Assembly: GCA_030141605.1 (NCBI GenBank) | Contig: JAQGDQ010001524.1 | Coordinates: forward strand, 1-36,528 | Length of the DNA: 36,528 nt | Direction of reading: 5' to 3' | Source of the DNA: Tubiluchus corallicola | Lineage: Eukaryota; Animalia; Priapulida | Part shown: positions 12,193-22,030 of the stretch, piece after piece | Layout: the number at the start of each line of letters is the position of its first letter | How positions within the stretch are numbered: the first letter of the stretch is position 1 | Position numbers and translations under genes: made by a program | Notes under the pieces: model-generated | The model's input: the letters and a program-made list of their open reading frames with translations, nothing else | What the model was told of the DNA's origin: nothing | Database searches by the model: none

Positions 12193-12938
12193 TAACGGTG
12201 TACATAAGTATCTATAATAAAATATTTCTTGGCTAACTAACCGATATATAATATAAGTGATATTGATACATAATTATATCACCGAGCGATGAACTAAAGG
12301 CTGAAGTGTACGAGTCTGGATACTAGTTTGCTAACTGGAAATCTAGCAATTACCAGAAGTCTAGAAATTACCATGCTGCACAACCAACATTCCTCTGCAT
12401 AATATCATGCAAATGTACCGCTATAGTTTATAATTTGTAACGAACTTGTTAAGAGACAAATGACCAGAATCGGGTCATTACAACGTGCCGTTCTTTGACA
12501 GCTGCTGGGAACGCTAATTATGCATATGGACATCTACCTGGCCGGGTAATACCTGCCGTAACCTTCGTGTTATGTTAATTACAGGGAAAAACCCAAACTA
12601 CATGTGTTGTCATTGCAGTAAGCATTGTCGCATGCTGTCCAGCTCTGCCTCTCCTTCTGCCGCGGGCTTTCTCTTAACCAGTACCTGCGTGCAATCTCAT
12701 CTACCTGCCCATAGCCAGGTAATTACAGTCGCTAAACCTAGTATTTCCGGGCAGAAATTACCTGTCTTCGTAAGTCATGTTTATGCGCACTCACCTGACA
12801 ACCATGACAAGCATTTGCCGTCGCCAAATTAACTCTCGAACATCCAAAATGTTTCCAGTGAAAAATTTCTTGTTTCTTTATTACAGGAAAGGACGCCGTC
12901 ATTTACCATGTTCAGTTTATTTTCAGTAGCGGCTCGTG

Positions 12939-12941
12939 TAT

Positions 12942-12976
<35 letters not shown>

Positions 12977-13380
12977 TTCATTTATTTATTATACATCTAT
13001 GGCCTGAAGTCAGGAGACTTATATGTCCATTAAAAACATCGTAAAACACATCGACAATGTATAGAAAGTAAAATTACTGTTAAAAGTACAAAATACATAG
13101 TATATGGTTAGTACAATATAAACACACAAGTAGGTTCAAATAAATTAAAAGTGCCGGTAAAAAGATTAAAACTAGATTAGTACGATAAAATTGTATAATT
13201 ATGGTAAAAAATTTACATCTTACGTCATTTATCAAATCACATATTTTCTAGTAAATATTTTTTTAAAAGTTTCTTAAATATATTTATATTACCGGCTTGT
13301 TTTATTTTACTGGGTAAATTATTCCACATTACAGCACCATTTTTATACTTAACAGAATGTTTCATAACGTTTGTTCTGAA
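12939..13380 (-). mobile_element. CR1-group (Crack/L2-like) LINE 3' fragment with (TAAA)n tail
   Basis: Minus strand FRTNVMKHSVKYK/(frameshift)GAVMWNNLPSKIKQAGNINIFKKLLKKYLLENM*, the typical G..WN.LP..IK....FK..LK..LL ORF2 C-terminus; (TTTA)n at 12939-12990. Confidence 0.8.
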
Positions 13381-13692
13381 TGTTCAGTTATAACGTACAT
13401 TAGAACAAAATAAGTTTTGTTAGTAACTTAAGATCAGGATGAGTAAAATTGTGAGTTAATTATACCGTTGTAGTAGGTAATTCTTTGATGCTTCTTTAAA
13501 TTGATAAAGATTAAGAGTTTTCATTTCACACGGAATTGACGACCATATTTTAATAGCATTATATTTTGATGACTGTTTCATTTTATTTGTTTTTGGAAGA
13601 GGGAGTACATAGTTTACGACTGAATATCTTGTGTAATGATCATGTTGATTTGAAACTGGACTAAAGTATGACTGAAAAGCTGGTGGAAGTAA
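13381..13692 (-). mobile_element. Second CR1-group (Crack-like) LINE 3' fragment
   Basis: Minus strand LLPPAFQSYFSPVSNQHDHYTRYSVVNYVLPLPKTNKMKQSSKYNAIKIWSSIPCEMKTLNLYQFKEASKNYLLQRYN* (LP..F..YF....H.Y.TR...W..IP...K...FK motif series). Confidence 0.8.
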
Positions 13693-14530
13693 TACATAAC
13701 TTGTGCCCAGAGCCGAACTGTTTTAGCCGAGGCCTAGCTCATTCAGTTTTACATCCGAGTTAGTCAGCAAGAAACCCAGGCTAGTCAAGCCAGTCGTTCA
13801 GTTCAACGAACCGAGCTAGCTGATGTTTTGCAGGAGCCAATAAAGAAGTATAAAAATAAGGGATATCAGAAATGACTTTAAAAATCATCACTTGTAGATA
13901 TGAGCTTTAATATTTTAACTAGCCAAAGGCCGCAAAAAAATTTGCGCATAAACTCAAAACAAAAACCCACACCACACCACCCACTGACTGATTTTAATGA
14001 TTACATTATTTCTTATTTCATATGTCTCTCTAATTCATGGAACTCATGATAACTATCTTTTTGAAAAACTGTTTTATTATATCTTCATTGACTAATGGCC
14101 TACGAATGTCTACAGCAACCAGCATCTTTTCGGAATTATAATCATTTTTAAACACAAAAACCATTAAACTAAGGTTTCCCATGTTGGGAAGAATGTAAAT
14201 GTTATAAAAGAATTTGACTATCCCCTGCGCTGAACAGTTCATTGTGGTGAGGATTTCTATAACCATAGATATGCTTGTGAAGCAGTAAAAGATTTCGGTT
14301 CTTGCTAATGGCTTAACAGAACTAGAAAATGTGTGTGTAGAAGCATTTTTGTTCTAAATCATAACCACGCTTTCTTGAGATCCCAGGGACAGCGACGCAC
14401 CAAAAAATAAAAATTTCGAGTCCTTGTGGCGACACACAATTGGTGCCCGAAGCAGAAAGTGCCTGTTTTAGTTTGTGAAACTAGGTGCTTCGTATTAAAA
14501 CTTAGTAATAACATACATTAACAATCTGCA

Positions 14531-14561
14531 TATTTATTTATTTTGTTGATTTTTTTTCCAG
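14531..14561 (+). other. 3' splice acceptor of the Hox1 intron
   Basis: tatttatttattttgttgattttttttccAG directly before the homeobox exon; branch-point-like TTAAC just upstream (~14518-14522). Confidence 0.85.
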
Positions 14562-14959
14562 TGAAACCTCCAGTTGCCTTAGACTACGGTTACATGGGAG
14601 CCCAACCAATGAACAGTGCAGCTAACAACAGCGGCAGAACGAATTTCACGAACAGACAGTTAACAGAACTCGAAAAAGAGTTCCATTTTAACAAATACCT
14701 GACCCGAGCAAGACGCATAGAGATTGCTGCTGCACTCGGTCTCAACGAAACACAAGTGAAAATCTGGTTTCAAAACCGACGAATGAAACAGAAGAAGAGA
14801 ATCAGGGAGGGGTTGGTGCTGGGACCGTCTGCGCCATCATCAACTGACGACTCCAGCAATTCCAGTGGCAAGAACAATGCAGCGTCCAGCGAGCAACCAG
14901 GTTCGCCGTCGTCAACGGTCATACCAGTGACGACATCATCGTCATCGTCATCCCCGTAA
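14562..14959 (+). CDS. Hox1: Hox1/labial homeobox transcription factor, last coding exon (homeodomain 14624-14803 plus Ser-rich C-terminal tail); 5'-partial, follows a phase-1 intron
   Basis: Translation (x)[110 protein letters not shown] and MKQKKR are paralogy-group-1 diagnostic. Polypyrimidine tract plus CAG acceptor ends at 14561; TAA stop at 14957-14959. The ORF-track start at 14543 is intronic. Confidence 0.97.
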
Positions 14960-15422
14960 TGTGCCATGTCCTACATGGTAAGACACTATTGATGCTGATG
15001 AATCTACAGCCGGTTCTGCAAGAGAATATGGTGTTTCTGCAATCACAAGTCTGAAGTAATGTTGGGATAGCATGGGAGTAGCTCATTTGTCAAAACTTTG
15101 GGTTTTCTTATGTGATTTCATTCTCCATTCCTATTTTTGTGTGTTATCTTTCATATCCTGGGTCAGTTAAAACATTCCAAACTAAATTTTAGTCGACAAA
15201 TAGTGACAATGCTTTTGCTAAAGCACAATAACAATGTAAAACAATGGCACATTCTTTTAAACAATACGTGTTGGTCTCAAGCTCTCAAGCGGGCCTAAGC
15301 ACGGAAAAAATTACGGCACACCCCACCCCCGGTATAAGTTTAAAACTCAGAGTAAAAACAATGCTAAATAGTGAAATGAAATTTTATCTTTTGAAATGAT
15401 TATACTTGCAGCAAGATTAAAG

Positions 15423-16073
15423 CTACGACTCCATGTGTGCGTATGCGTTATGCGTATTCAGACGACAGCCATCGCGTTCGAGTGAATACGTATCACGCAT
15501 TATGGATCACGCATTTCGCGCAAATGGAGTCGCGCTTAAGAAGGATAGCCATCACGTTCGAGTGAATACGCATCACGCATTACGCAATGCATACACACGG
15601 AAACACTTTTATGTGTTTAAATATAAGATGTTGTATACACATTACACATTTTGGATCACGTAACGTGCAAATGGAGTCGTGCCTCAGATGATAGTCATCA
15701 CGTTCGAGTGAATACGCATAACGCATTACGCATTACATACACACGGACACTTCTACGCATTTAAATATAAGATGTGGTAGACACATCACGCATTACGCAC
15801 ACATGGAGTCGAGCCTCAGATGATAGTCATCACGTTCGAGTGAATACGCATAACGCATTACGCATTACATACACACGGACACTTCTACGCGTTTAAATAT
15901 AAGATGTGGTAGACGCATCACGCATTACGCACACATGGAGTCGAGCCTCAGACGATAGCTATCACGTTCGAGTGAACATGCATCACGCATTACGTACGCA
16001 CGGAAACGCTTCTACGTGTTTAAATATAAGATGTTGTATACGCATCACGCGTTACGCGTACATGGAGTCGTAG
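15423..16073. mobile_element. MITE with ~35-bp TIRs (CTACGACTCCATGT...) and internal ~130-bp tandem units
   Basis: ctacgactccatgtgtgcgtatgcgttatgcgtat vs atacgcatcacgcgttacgcgtacatggagtcgtag; TGGAGTCG recurs at 15525, 15672, 15804, 15936 and 16063; TTAA|AG on the left. Superfamily (Harbinger vs Kolobok) unresolved. Confidence 0.82.
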
Positions 16074-16239
16074 TCGTAAATTTATTTACAATAAATACTA
16101 GGGCACCAGCTTTACGTTGCATAAAAAGTGATATTAAATTAAAATACAGAGATGACTCTAAACCTTATAGAAGGACAGCCACTCCGGTATTTTCTTACTT
16201 TTGGGTAATTATTTGACTTGAAAAAACAACTTGGGACCA

Positions 16240-16298
16240 CATTTCCCGCTGAGACCCTAAACACGTGCTTATTTTGCTTAATGGTTAAACCAGGGCTG
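16240..16298 (-). mobile_element. Possible hAT-type MITE terminus
   Basis: Minus strand CAGCCCTGGTTTAACCATTAAGCAAAATAAGCACGTGTTTAGGG resembles CAGGGCCGG-type hAT ends; a similar end lies at ~31825-31870. Partner end not confidently found. Confidence 0.35.
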
Positions 16299-16570
16299 AT
16301 TGGTGGCAATTACGTCATTAAACTTTCCTCACTTTAATAAATCTAGGGTTTCATTTGCTTTGCTAATGTCTTTTGCAACAACAGCCATTATGTCCAATTC
16401 CTGCTCACACTTTTTTCCGTCAGAATTTGCAGTTGCACGTTCGTTCTTGTGCTGTATCTAAGCGGTACTGTTTTAACTGGTTGTAGTTACCCAAATGAAA
16501 TCACTGTTGAATTCTAGTCAAATGGAATTTATTATCCAGAATTATGTCTATTCACACATTAAAAACAATT

Positions 16571-17116
16571 ATAGGCTTTTCCTTACGTGAATAATAAGCG
16601 CTCTCATAATTTCGTTGTGCGCACACGCAGTTGCTGCAGGTCAAAGGTTAAGTGTACCACAGCAATGCGTCTTAACTACAACAGTCACGTGACGTGTGTG
16701 TAAAGTAAAGCCGTTTGCCGCACCCATTCAGTAACTTCAGTGTTTTTGTGGACTTTCCTTAATTATGCATTAGTCTGTGCGTAGAGTGATTTACTAGCAG
16801 GATCTTACTTTGAAACAAGAAAAAGTGAACTCGGTAAGATTCCAGCTAGCTGTTAAAACTGTTACTGTTACAACTAGGTAAGGTTCTAGCTAGCTGTTAA
16901 AACTGTTACTGTTACAACTAGGTAAGGTTCTAGCTAGCTGTTAAAACTGTTACTGTTACAACTCGGTAAGGTTCTAGCTAGCTGTTAAAACTGTTACAAT
17001 TACAATAGCTTGAGCTGCGAGGCGTTGTCAAGTGTACACAAATGCGTTGTCTGGTATACTTAACCTTTGACCTTTCCACGATCATCATCGATCACTGGAA
17101 CTGTGAAAAGGCTTAT
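16571..17116 (+). mobile_element. Non-autonomous TIR element family C copy 1 (subterminal AGGTCAAAGGTTAAGTGTACCA inverted repeats; internal 44-bp x4 array at 16828-17003)
   Basis: 16638-16659 vs 17052-17073 inverted, 1 mismatch; degenerate ATAGGC..GCTTAT outer ends; homologous to 34911-35694. Confidence 0.78.
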
Positions 17117-18259
17117 CACAAGTGTAAATGATTTAGTTTTGTCCAATATTTCACAATGATAGTATGAATATTTTCCAAGATTGTGTGTTGTTATGGCGTT
17201 TATTGCAATCTCCATCGACCAGTCAAACAAACGAGCTTCACACTTAGTTGGTGACTAAAGCTACTGACAATCATAAAGACGGTAATCACAGTTTTAAATT
17301 TGTGGTACCTGGAATGAGTTTTACGATATCTGGCAGTGTTTGTATCAAACTTTAGCAGGCCTATGTTGAAATATAACAGCTCGGAAATTAATGTGTATAT
17401 ATTTGCACGTAGAGTATAGTATAATCTACACGCCGACGATGTACCTGTTATGTCAATTGTTTTAAAACGCTTGTATAAACAATACTAGATTTATAAGAAT
17501 TAATGTAAATATGTTTTACAACTATTGTACATAAAATTGGACCCGTCCTTAATATTGACTATATATGTAATATTATTATGTGTGTGGTTTCGAATGTAAG
17601 ATGACAGTATATGTAGGTGTAGTTTGTCGCGTGCTTTTGTAGATTTAACATGTCGTAGCTGCTGTTCTTATTAGCATATTTAAGTGACAATTTCTGGAAT
17701 TAATACACATGCAAATTCTTTTGTAGGTTACAATGAAAAAAATCCTAAAAAACAGTTTTGCTAATATCTTTTGCAGTGTTCACCTCAGGTGTGGTTAGAC
17801 ATCCATACAGCACAGACCCTTGTGTATTCCAATCCGATTTTTTTTGTCATCTAGCCCACAGCACACGTGATTATTTGTGGAAAAAATTGAATCTAGCTCA
17901 AATTAATCAGCAAGAAGTTTAATTTTTAAATTTCAGTGGCGGCCATTTTGTAATCCAAAATGGAGACCCAAGATGTGCACGAAAAAATGGTACCTATGAT
18001 TTTTGAATTCAGTACACCCCAAGTTGAGTATAATAGCTACAAAAATCAATTTTGGCACAAAATTCGATCGAGCCCCACATTATTTCATAGCGCTGTGTGT
18101 ACTAATAATACTGTGTGAATTTAATTCACTGCTTATACGAAGTTTCGATTCTTTCTTCGTTTTGAAAATCCCTTACTGTCATTAGTCTGCGAGTTGAGGC
18201 CTACCACAAATGACTAATTGACTACGCAACGTTTAGCAGCTCAGACTAACTGCCTAATA

Positions 18260-18510
18260 CAGGGTGTTCGGAAAGTGACTGTGCATTGTTTATTTGTTAA
18301 CCGACATGTTTTAATATCGAATACAGGAGGTAAATATGAATGACAATTATAAACGAAGGTTGAAAGTGACCTCCGTTAGCATCAATGCAGGTTTGAATTT
18401 TCTCGCATTAGCATCAATGCAGGCTTGAATCTTCTAATTTTGTTTGGATCAAAAGCTGAAATATAAAAAACACGATTAGAAAAGTGCATAGTGACTTTCC
18501 GAACACGCTG
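18260..18510 (-). mobile_element. Tc1/mariner deletion derivative (MITE) with TA target duplication
   Basis: TA|CAGGGTGTTCGGAAAGTGACTGTGCA...TGCATAGTGACTTTCCGAACACGCTG|TA; the minus strand retains the transposase C-terminal motif KIRR/IQACIDANGGHFQ. Confidence 0.9.
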
Positions 18511-18786
18511 TACTTCATGTTTGTAGATACTAATTGTAAGTACAGTATCTCCAATATCTTGGTATCCTTTGGCTACAGTATAAATGTCACGGAATATTAT
18601 ACTGCAGTTTGTTCAATGTTTTAGACTTTTAGACTGATAGTATTTGGGTAGACTGATATATAATTATACCAGATGTATAAAAACCGTACAAGTCACTTTT
18701 GGTGAAGTACTGAACTCTTCTGTTATGCATGTTGCCTTCATATCTTCAAAATCAATCTTCGTGTAAGCTGCTTACAACCTCTTCAT

Positions 18787-18899
18787 CATCATCTTCTTCT
18801 TCTTCTTCTTCCCAGCTTTTCCCTATGCGTGGTCGGCGTTGTGAATGAGTCTTCTCCACGCATTCCTGTTGTTGACCGTCTCTTCATTTATGTCTTCCC
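18787..18899 (-). mobile_element. 5'-truncated RTE-clade LINE 3' end with (GAA)n tail and ~28-bp target-site duplication
   Basis: Minus strand EDINEETVNNRNAWRRLIHNADHA* (R..WRR.I...DP-type end) then (GAA)n; flanking direct repeat tcgtgta..ctgcttacaacc.cttcat at 18759-18786 and 18900-18927. Confidence 0.85.
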
Positions 18900-19269
18900 T
18901 CGTGTAGACTGCTTACAACCGCTTCATAATATCCACATTAATCAGAAACTTTACCACTTTTACTGCTTCGAATGTTCAGAAAATGACGACGTTGAAAAAA
19001 CGTAAGAAGCCTTTTATAAATGGCTTCTTTAACGTGCTAATCTAAAACTGCTTTAAATTCCTTGGACATGAGCCGGTCTTAAATGCTCTTACCGGATATA
19101 GTGGCTTCCGATTTCTCATTAAGTTGGAAATCACGTGCCATAAACTGGAAATTTCTCGCATGTTCCTTGTTGACGTCACGCAGCGGAAATTTCCGCCGGA
19201 AGTTTCTGACTAAAACTTCCCCTCTTCAAGTCTTGCACTTCAATCCAAAGCGTAGGGTATAAATGTGCG

Positions 19270-20038
19270 TATCACTCACAATAGTACTACTAAATACTTA
19301 CGTGTGCGTCCTCCTAAGGTGTTTAATATTGCTAAAGCAGATTGTTGGTCTCTATCACTCACAATAGTATTACTAAATACTTACGTGTGCGTCCTCCCAA
19401 AGTGTTCCATATTGCTAAAGCAGATTGTTAGTCTCTATCACTCACAATAGTACTACTAAATACTTACGTGTGCGTCCTCCCAAAGTGTTCCATATTGCTA
19501 AAGCAGATTGTTAGTCTCTATCACTCACAATAGTACTACTAAATACTTACGTGTGCGTCCTCCCAAAGTGTTCCATATTGCTAAAGCAGATTGTTAGTCT
19601 CTATCAGTCACAATAGTACTACTAAATACTTACGTGTGCGTCCTCCCAAAGTGTCCCATATTGCTAAAGCAGATTGTTAGTCTCTATCACTCACAATAGT
19701 ACTACTAAATACTTACGTGTGCGTCCTCCCAAAGTGTTCCATATTGCTAAAGCAGATTGTTAGTCTCTATCACTCACAATAGTACTACTGAATACTTACG
19801 TGTGCGTCCTCCTAAGGTGTTTAATATTGCTAAAGCAGATTGTTAGTCTCTATCACTCACAATAGTACTACTAAATACTTGCGTGTGCGTCCTCCCAAAG
19901 TGTTTAATATTGCTAAAGCAGATTGTTAGTCTCTATCACTCATAATAGTACTACTAAATACTTACGTGTGCGTCCTCCCAAGGTGTTTAATATTGCTAAA
20001 GCAGATTGTTAGTCTCTATCACTCACAATAGTACTACT
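19270..20038. repeat. 83-bp minisatellite, ~9.3 copies
   Basis: TATCAC unit starts at 19270, 19353, 19436 ... 20017; no unique spacers. Confidence 0.97.
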
Positions 20039-20815
20039 TTTATGTACACGAAGGTTGTAACGTTCTGTAACGTTAACAATTGTGTAACGTTCACTGTTTC
20101 CTATTCATAATTATCATAATTAATCCACCGATCTTAGCTTTTTTGCTAGGTTTCCCTCTTTGTGATCATCACTACGCATTCCAACATTTCAAATCGAGCT
20201 TATCATTAGACTATTACTATTATCGTGATGTCATTTTGTCTGATATTTGAAAGTCAGAAGTAGAATATAGTGTCTGTGTGATTGAACTTCACTTTCACTG
20301 GTCGATAATAGGTATCAGCTAAAAAAATTCGCGCCCGTGAGCGAAGCTAAACACGAAATTCTGCTTCTAGATTTTCAGAAAAAGTGTGTTAATTTATGTA
20401 TAATAAGAGCATAATGTTATTATAATGTACTGCCGTTTTGCATTTTTCTTTTAACAACAGGAGTCACTAGTTTTGCTCGCTAAGCCAATATAGTGTTACG
20501 TCGCTGCGACATAATATTACTATTATGGTACTAGAATGGCTTAAATTGGTTTTTGCAGTAAAAACAAATTGGTTGTTGGGTTGGCATTGGAAGCGTGCGT
20601 GAAACGTTCGTTGCGCATAAACTTGTTTAAAACAAATTTGCGCAAAATGTCTTGGTCGAGTTCTCCACGTTTTTTGGGGTGGAGGGGGGACGCCGCCAAA
20701 TTCTAGATAGCGAATAGTTTAAGCGTGAGACTCTATTTTGCTTATAAAGAGAAAGAGATATCAGAACCAAATATCACTTCTCAATGCAAAAATTATGATG
20801 TCGAGTTACGTTTAA

Positions 20816-21439
20816 AACAAAACCGGACCCAATCTTAAACTGCTAGGTCAAAACAATTTAATCTTTAAAATATTGAAAGCAAACATACTGTTTTTTTCAA
20901 AAACTACTATTTTTGACTTACGTGGAAGCATTATTATCACACAAACACAATTTCATGTTCGCATCACTAGTTCTTCGCTGTTACATGCATTTCACCATTC
21001 GTTCGTTAGACGGGCACTAACGCCTGCATTTCGGAAACTCATTGCACAAAACACAGGTGCTGTACCTCAGTTCAGAAGTGTTAATTTGTGACGAACTACA
21101 CGCATTCGACAACTCATGCGTGAGCGCGTGAATATGAAATATAAATTTTGATCTTAAAACGTGCCTAGTTTTAGTACAACATACTGAATATCTTACAGTA
21201 GCATTCTACTTCAATTTCACTTTCGTAAACACGTGCAACAGTTCGCGAAATATTCTTTCCGTTCAAAATTATGTTAGTTTGTGATGTCATCAATAGTTGG
21301 GCTCGTCCGCCGTTAATAAAGTTTTAAAAATGATTATTTAATTATCTCAAACGCCTTTGCAGTATCATTTGTGTTGAAATGTATACTTTTTGCCGTACTT
21401 GAAAATAGGGTTGTTTACGAAAAATCATCCCGTCTTCCT
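20816..21439 (+). mobile_element. Kolobok-like family A copy 3
   Basis: TTAA|AACAAAACCGGA...TCCCGTCTTCCT|ATAA; full-length similarity to copies 1 and 4. Confidence 0.78.
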
Positions 21440-21567
21440 ATAATTTTTTAGTTTAGCATGAGTAATAACGCAGTGACTGGACGAGTTACCAAGCTCTAGA
21501 ACACAGTTTATACTGCATGCGTAAGATAGTAGACGTAGTAACGATTTCTTCCGTTACTTACAATATT

Positions 21568-22030
21568 ATCATCATCATCACCATACGCCCGTCACGTCTA
21601 TTGTAGACATTGGGCAGGCAGGATTCTAAAATAAAAGAAATCATGTCAGCACCACTTCCGTTACTTACAATAGCACTTATTTAATGTAGCAGAAAAACCT
21701 ACGAGAAACGAATCCTTCAGAAGCGAAAAGGCTGATGGACCTTGAACGGAAGTGGTGCTGACAAGCCACTGGCGTAGCAGTGTCTGGTTTTTTTTACTAG
21801 ATTACTGCTGCGTTTACCTGTCTGAAGGCAGATTTCTTTTATTTTAGAATTCTGCCTGCCCAATGTCTACAATAGACGTGACGGGCGTATGATGATGATG
21901 ATGATGACGACGATGACGACGATAATGACGATGATGATGATGATGTTGTTGATGATAATGGTGATGACGATGACGATGGTGATGATGATGATGATAACGA
22001 TGATGACGACGATGATGATGATGATGATGA
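21568..22030. repeat. Inverted duplication of a retroposon-like 3' end with outward (ATC)n/(GAT)n tails
   Basis: 21582-21642 vs 21831-21891: 61-bp inverted repeat with 1 mismatch; inner perfect 19-bp IR at 21644-21662/21745-21763; (GAT/GAC)n tract at 21890-22030. Confidence 0.85.

Noticed and set aside
12867-12930. Strong-looking splice acceptor (ttcttgtttctttattacAG)
   Set aside because: No convincing donor or Hox1-like coding sequence follows; cannot support an exon without transcripts.
14030-14266. 78-aa minus-strand ORF, possibly a decayed transposase
   Set aside because: No recognisable motif.
14430-14455. CA-AT-TGGTGCCCGAA resembling an LTR end plus tRNA-Lys primer-binding site
   Set aside because: Match stops after 11 nt with one mismatch; no LTR pair or gag/pol remnants seen.
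14770-14967. Antisense acidic ORF overlapping Hox1
   Set aside because: Shadow of the Ser-rich sense frame.
14995-15030. CTGATGA in the Hox1 3' UTR as a possible hammerhead
   Set aside because: No stem II followed by a GAAA box.
17930-17970. YY1/Pho-like GGCGGCCATTTTG motif
   Set aside because: Sits in sequence that looks like a generic repeat interior; no accompanying GAGA cluster to suggest a PRE.
19270-20038. CRISPR-like appearance of the 83-bp and 52-bp arrays
   Set aside because: No unique spacers, no cas genes, eukaryotic context.
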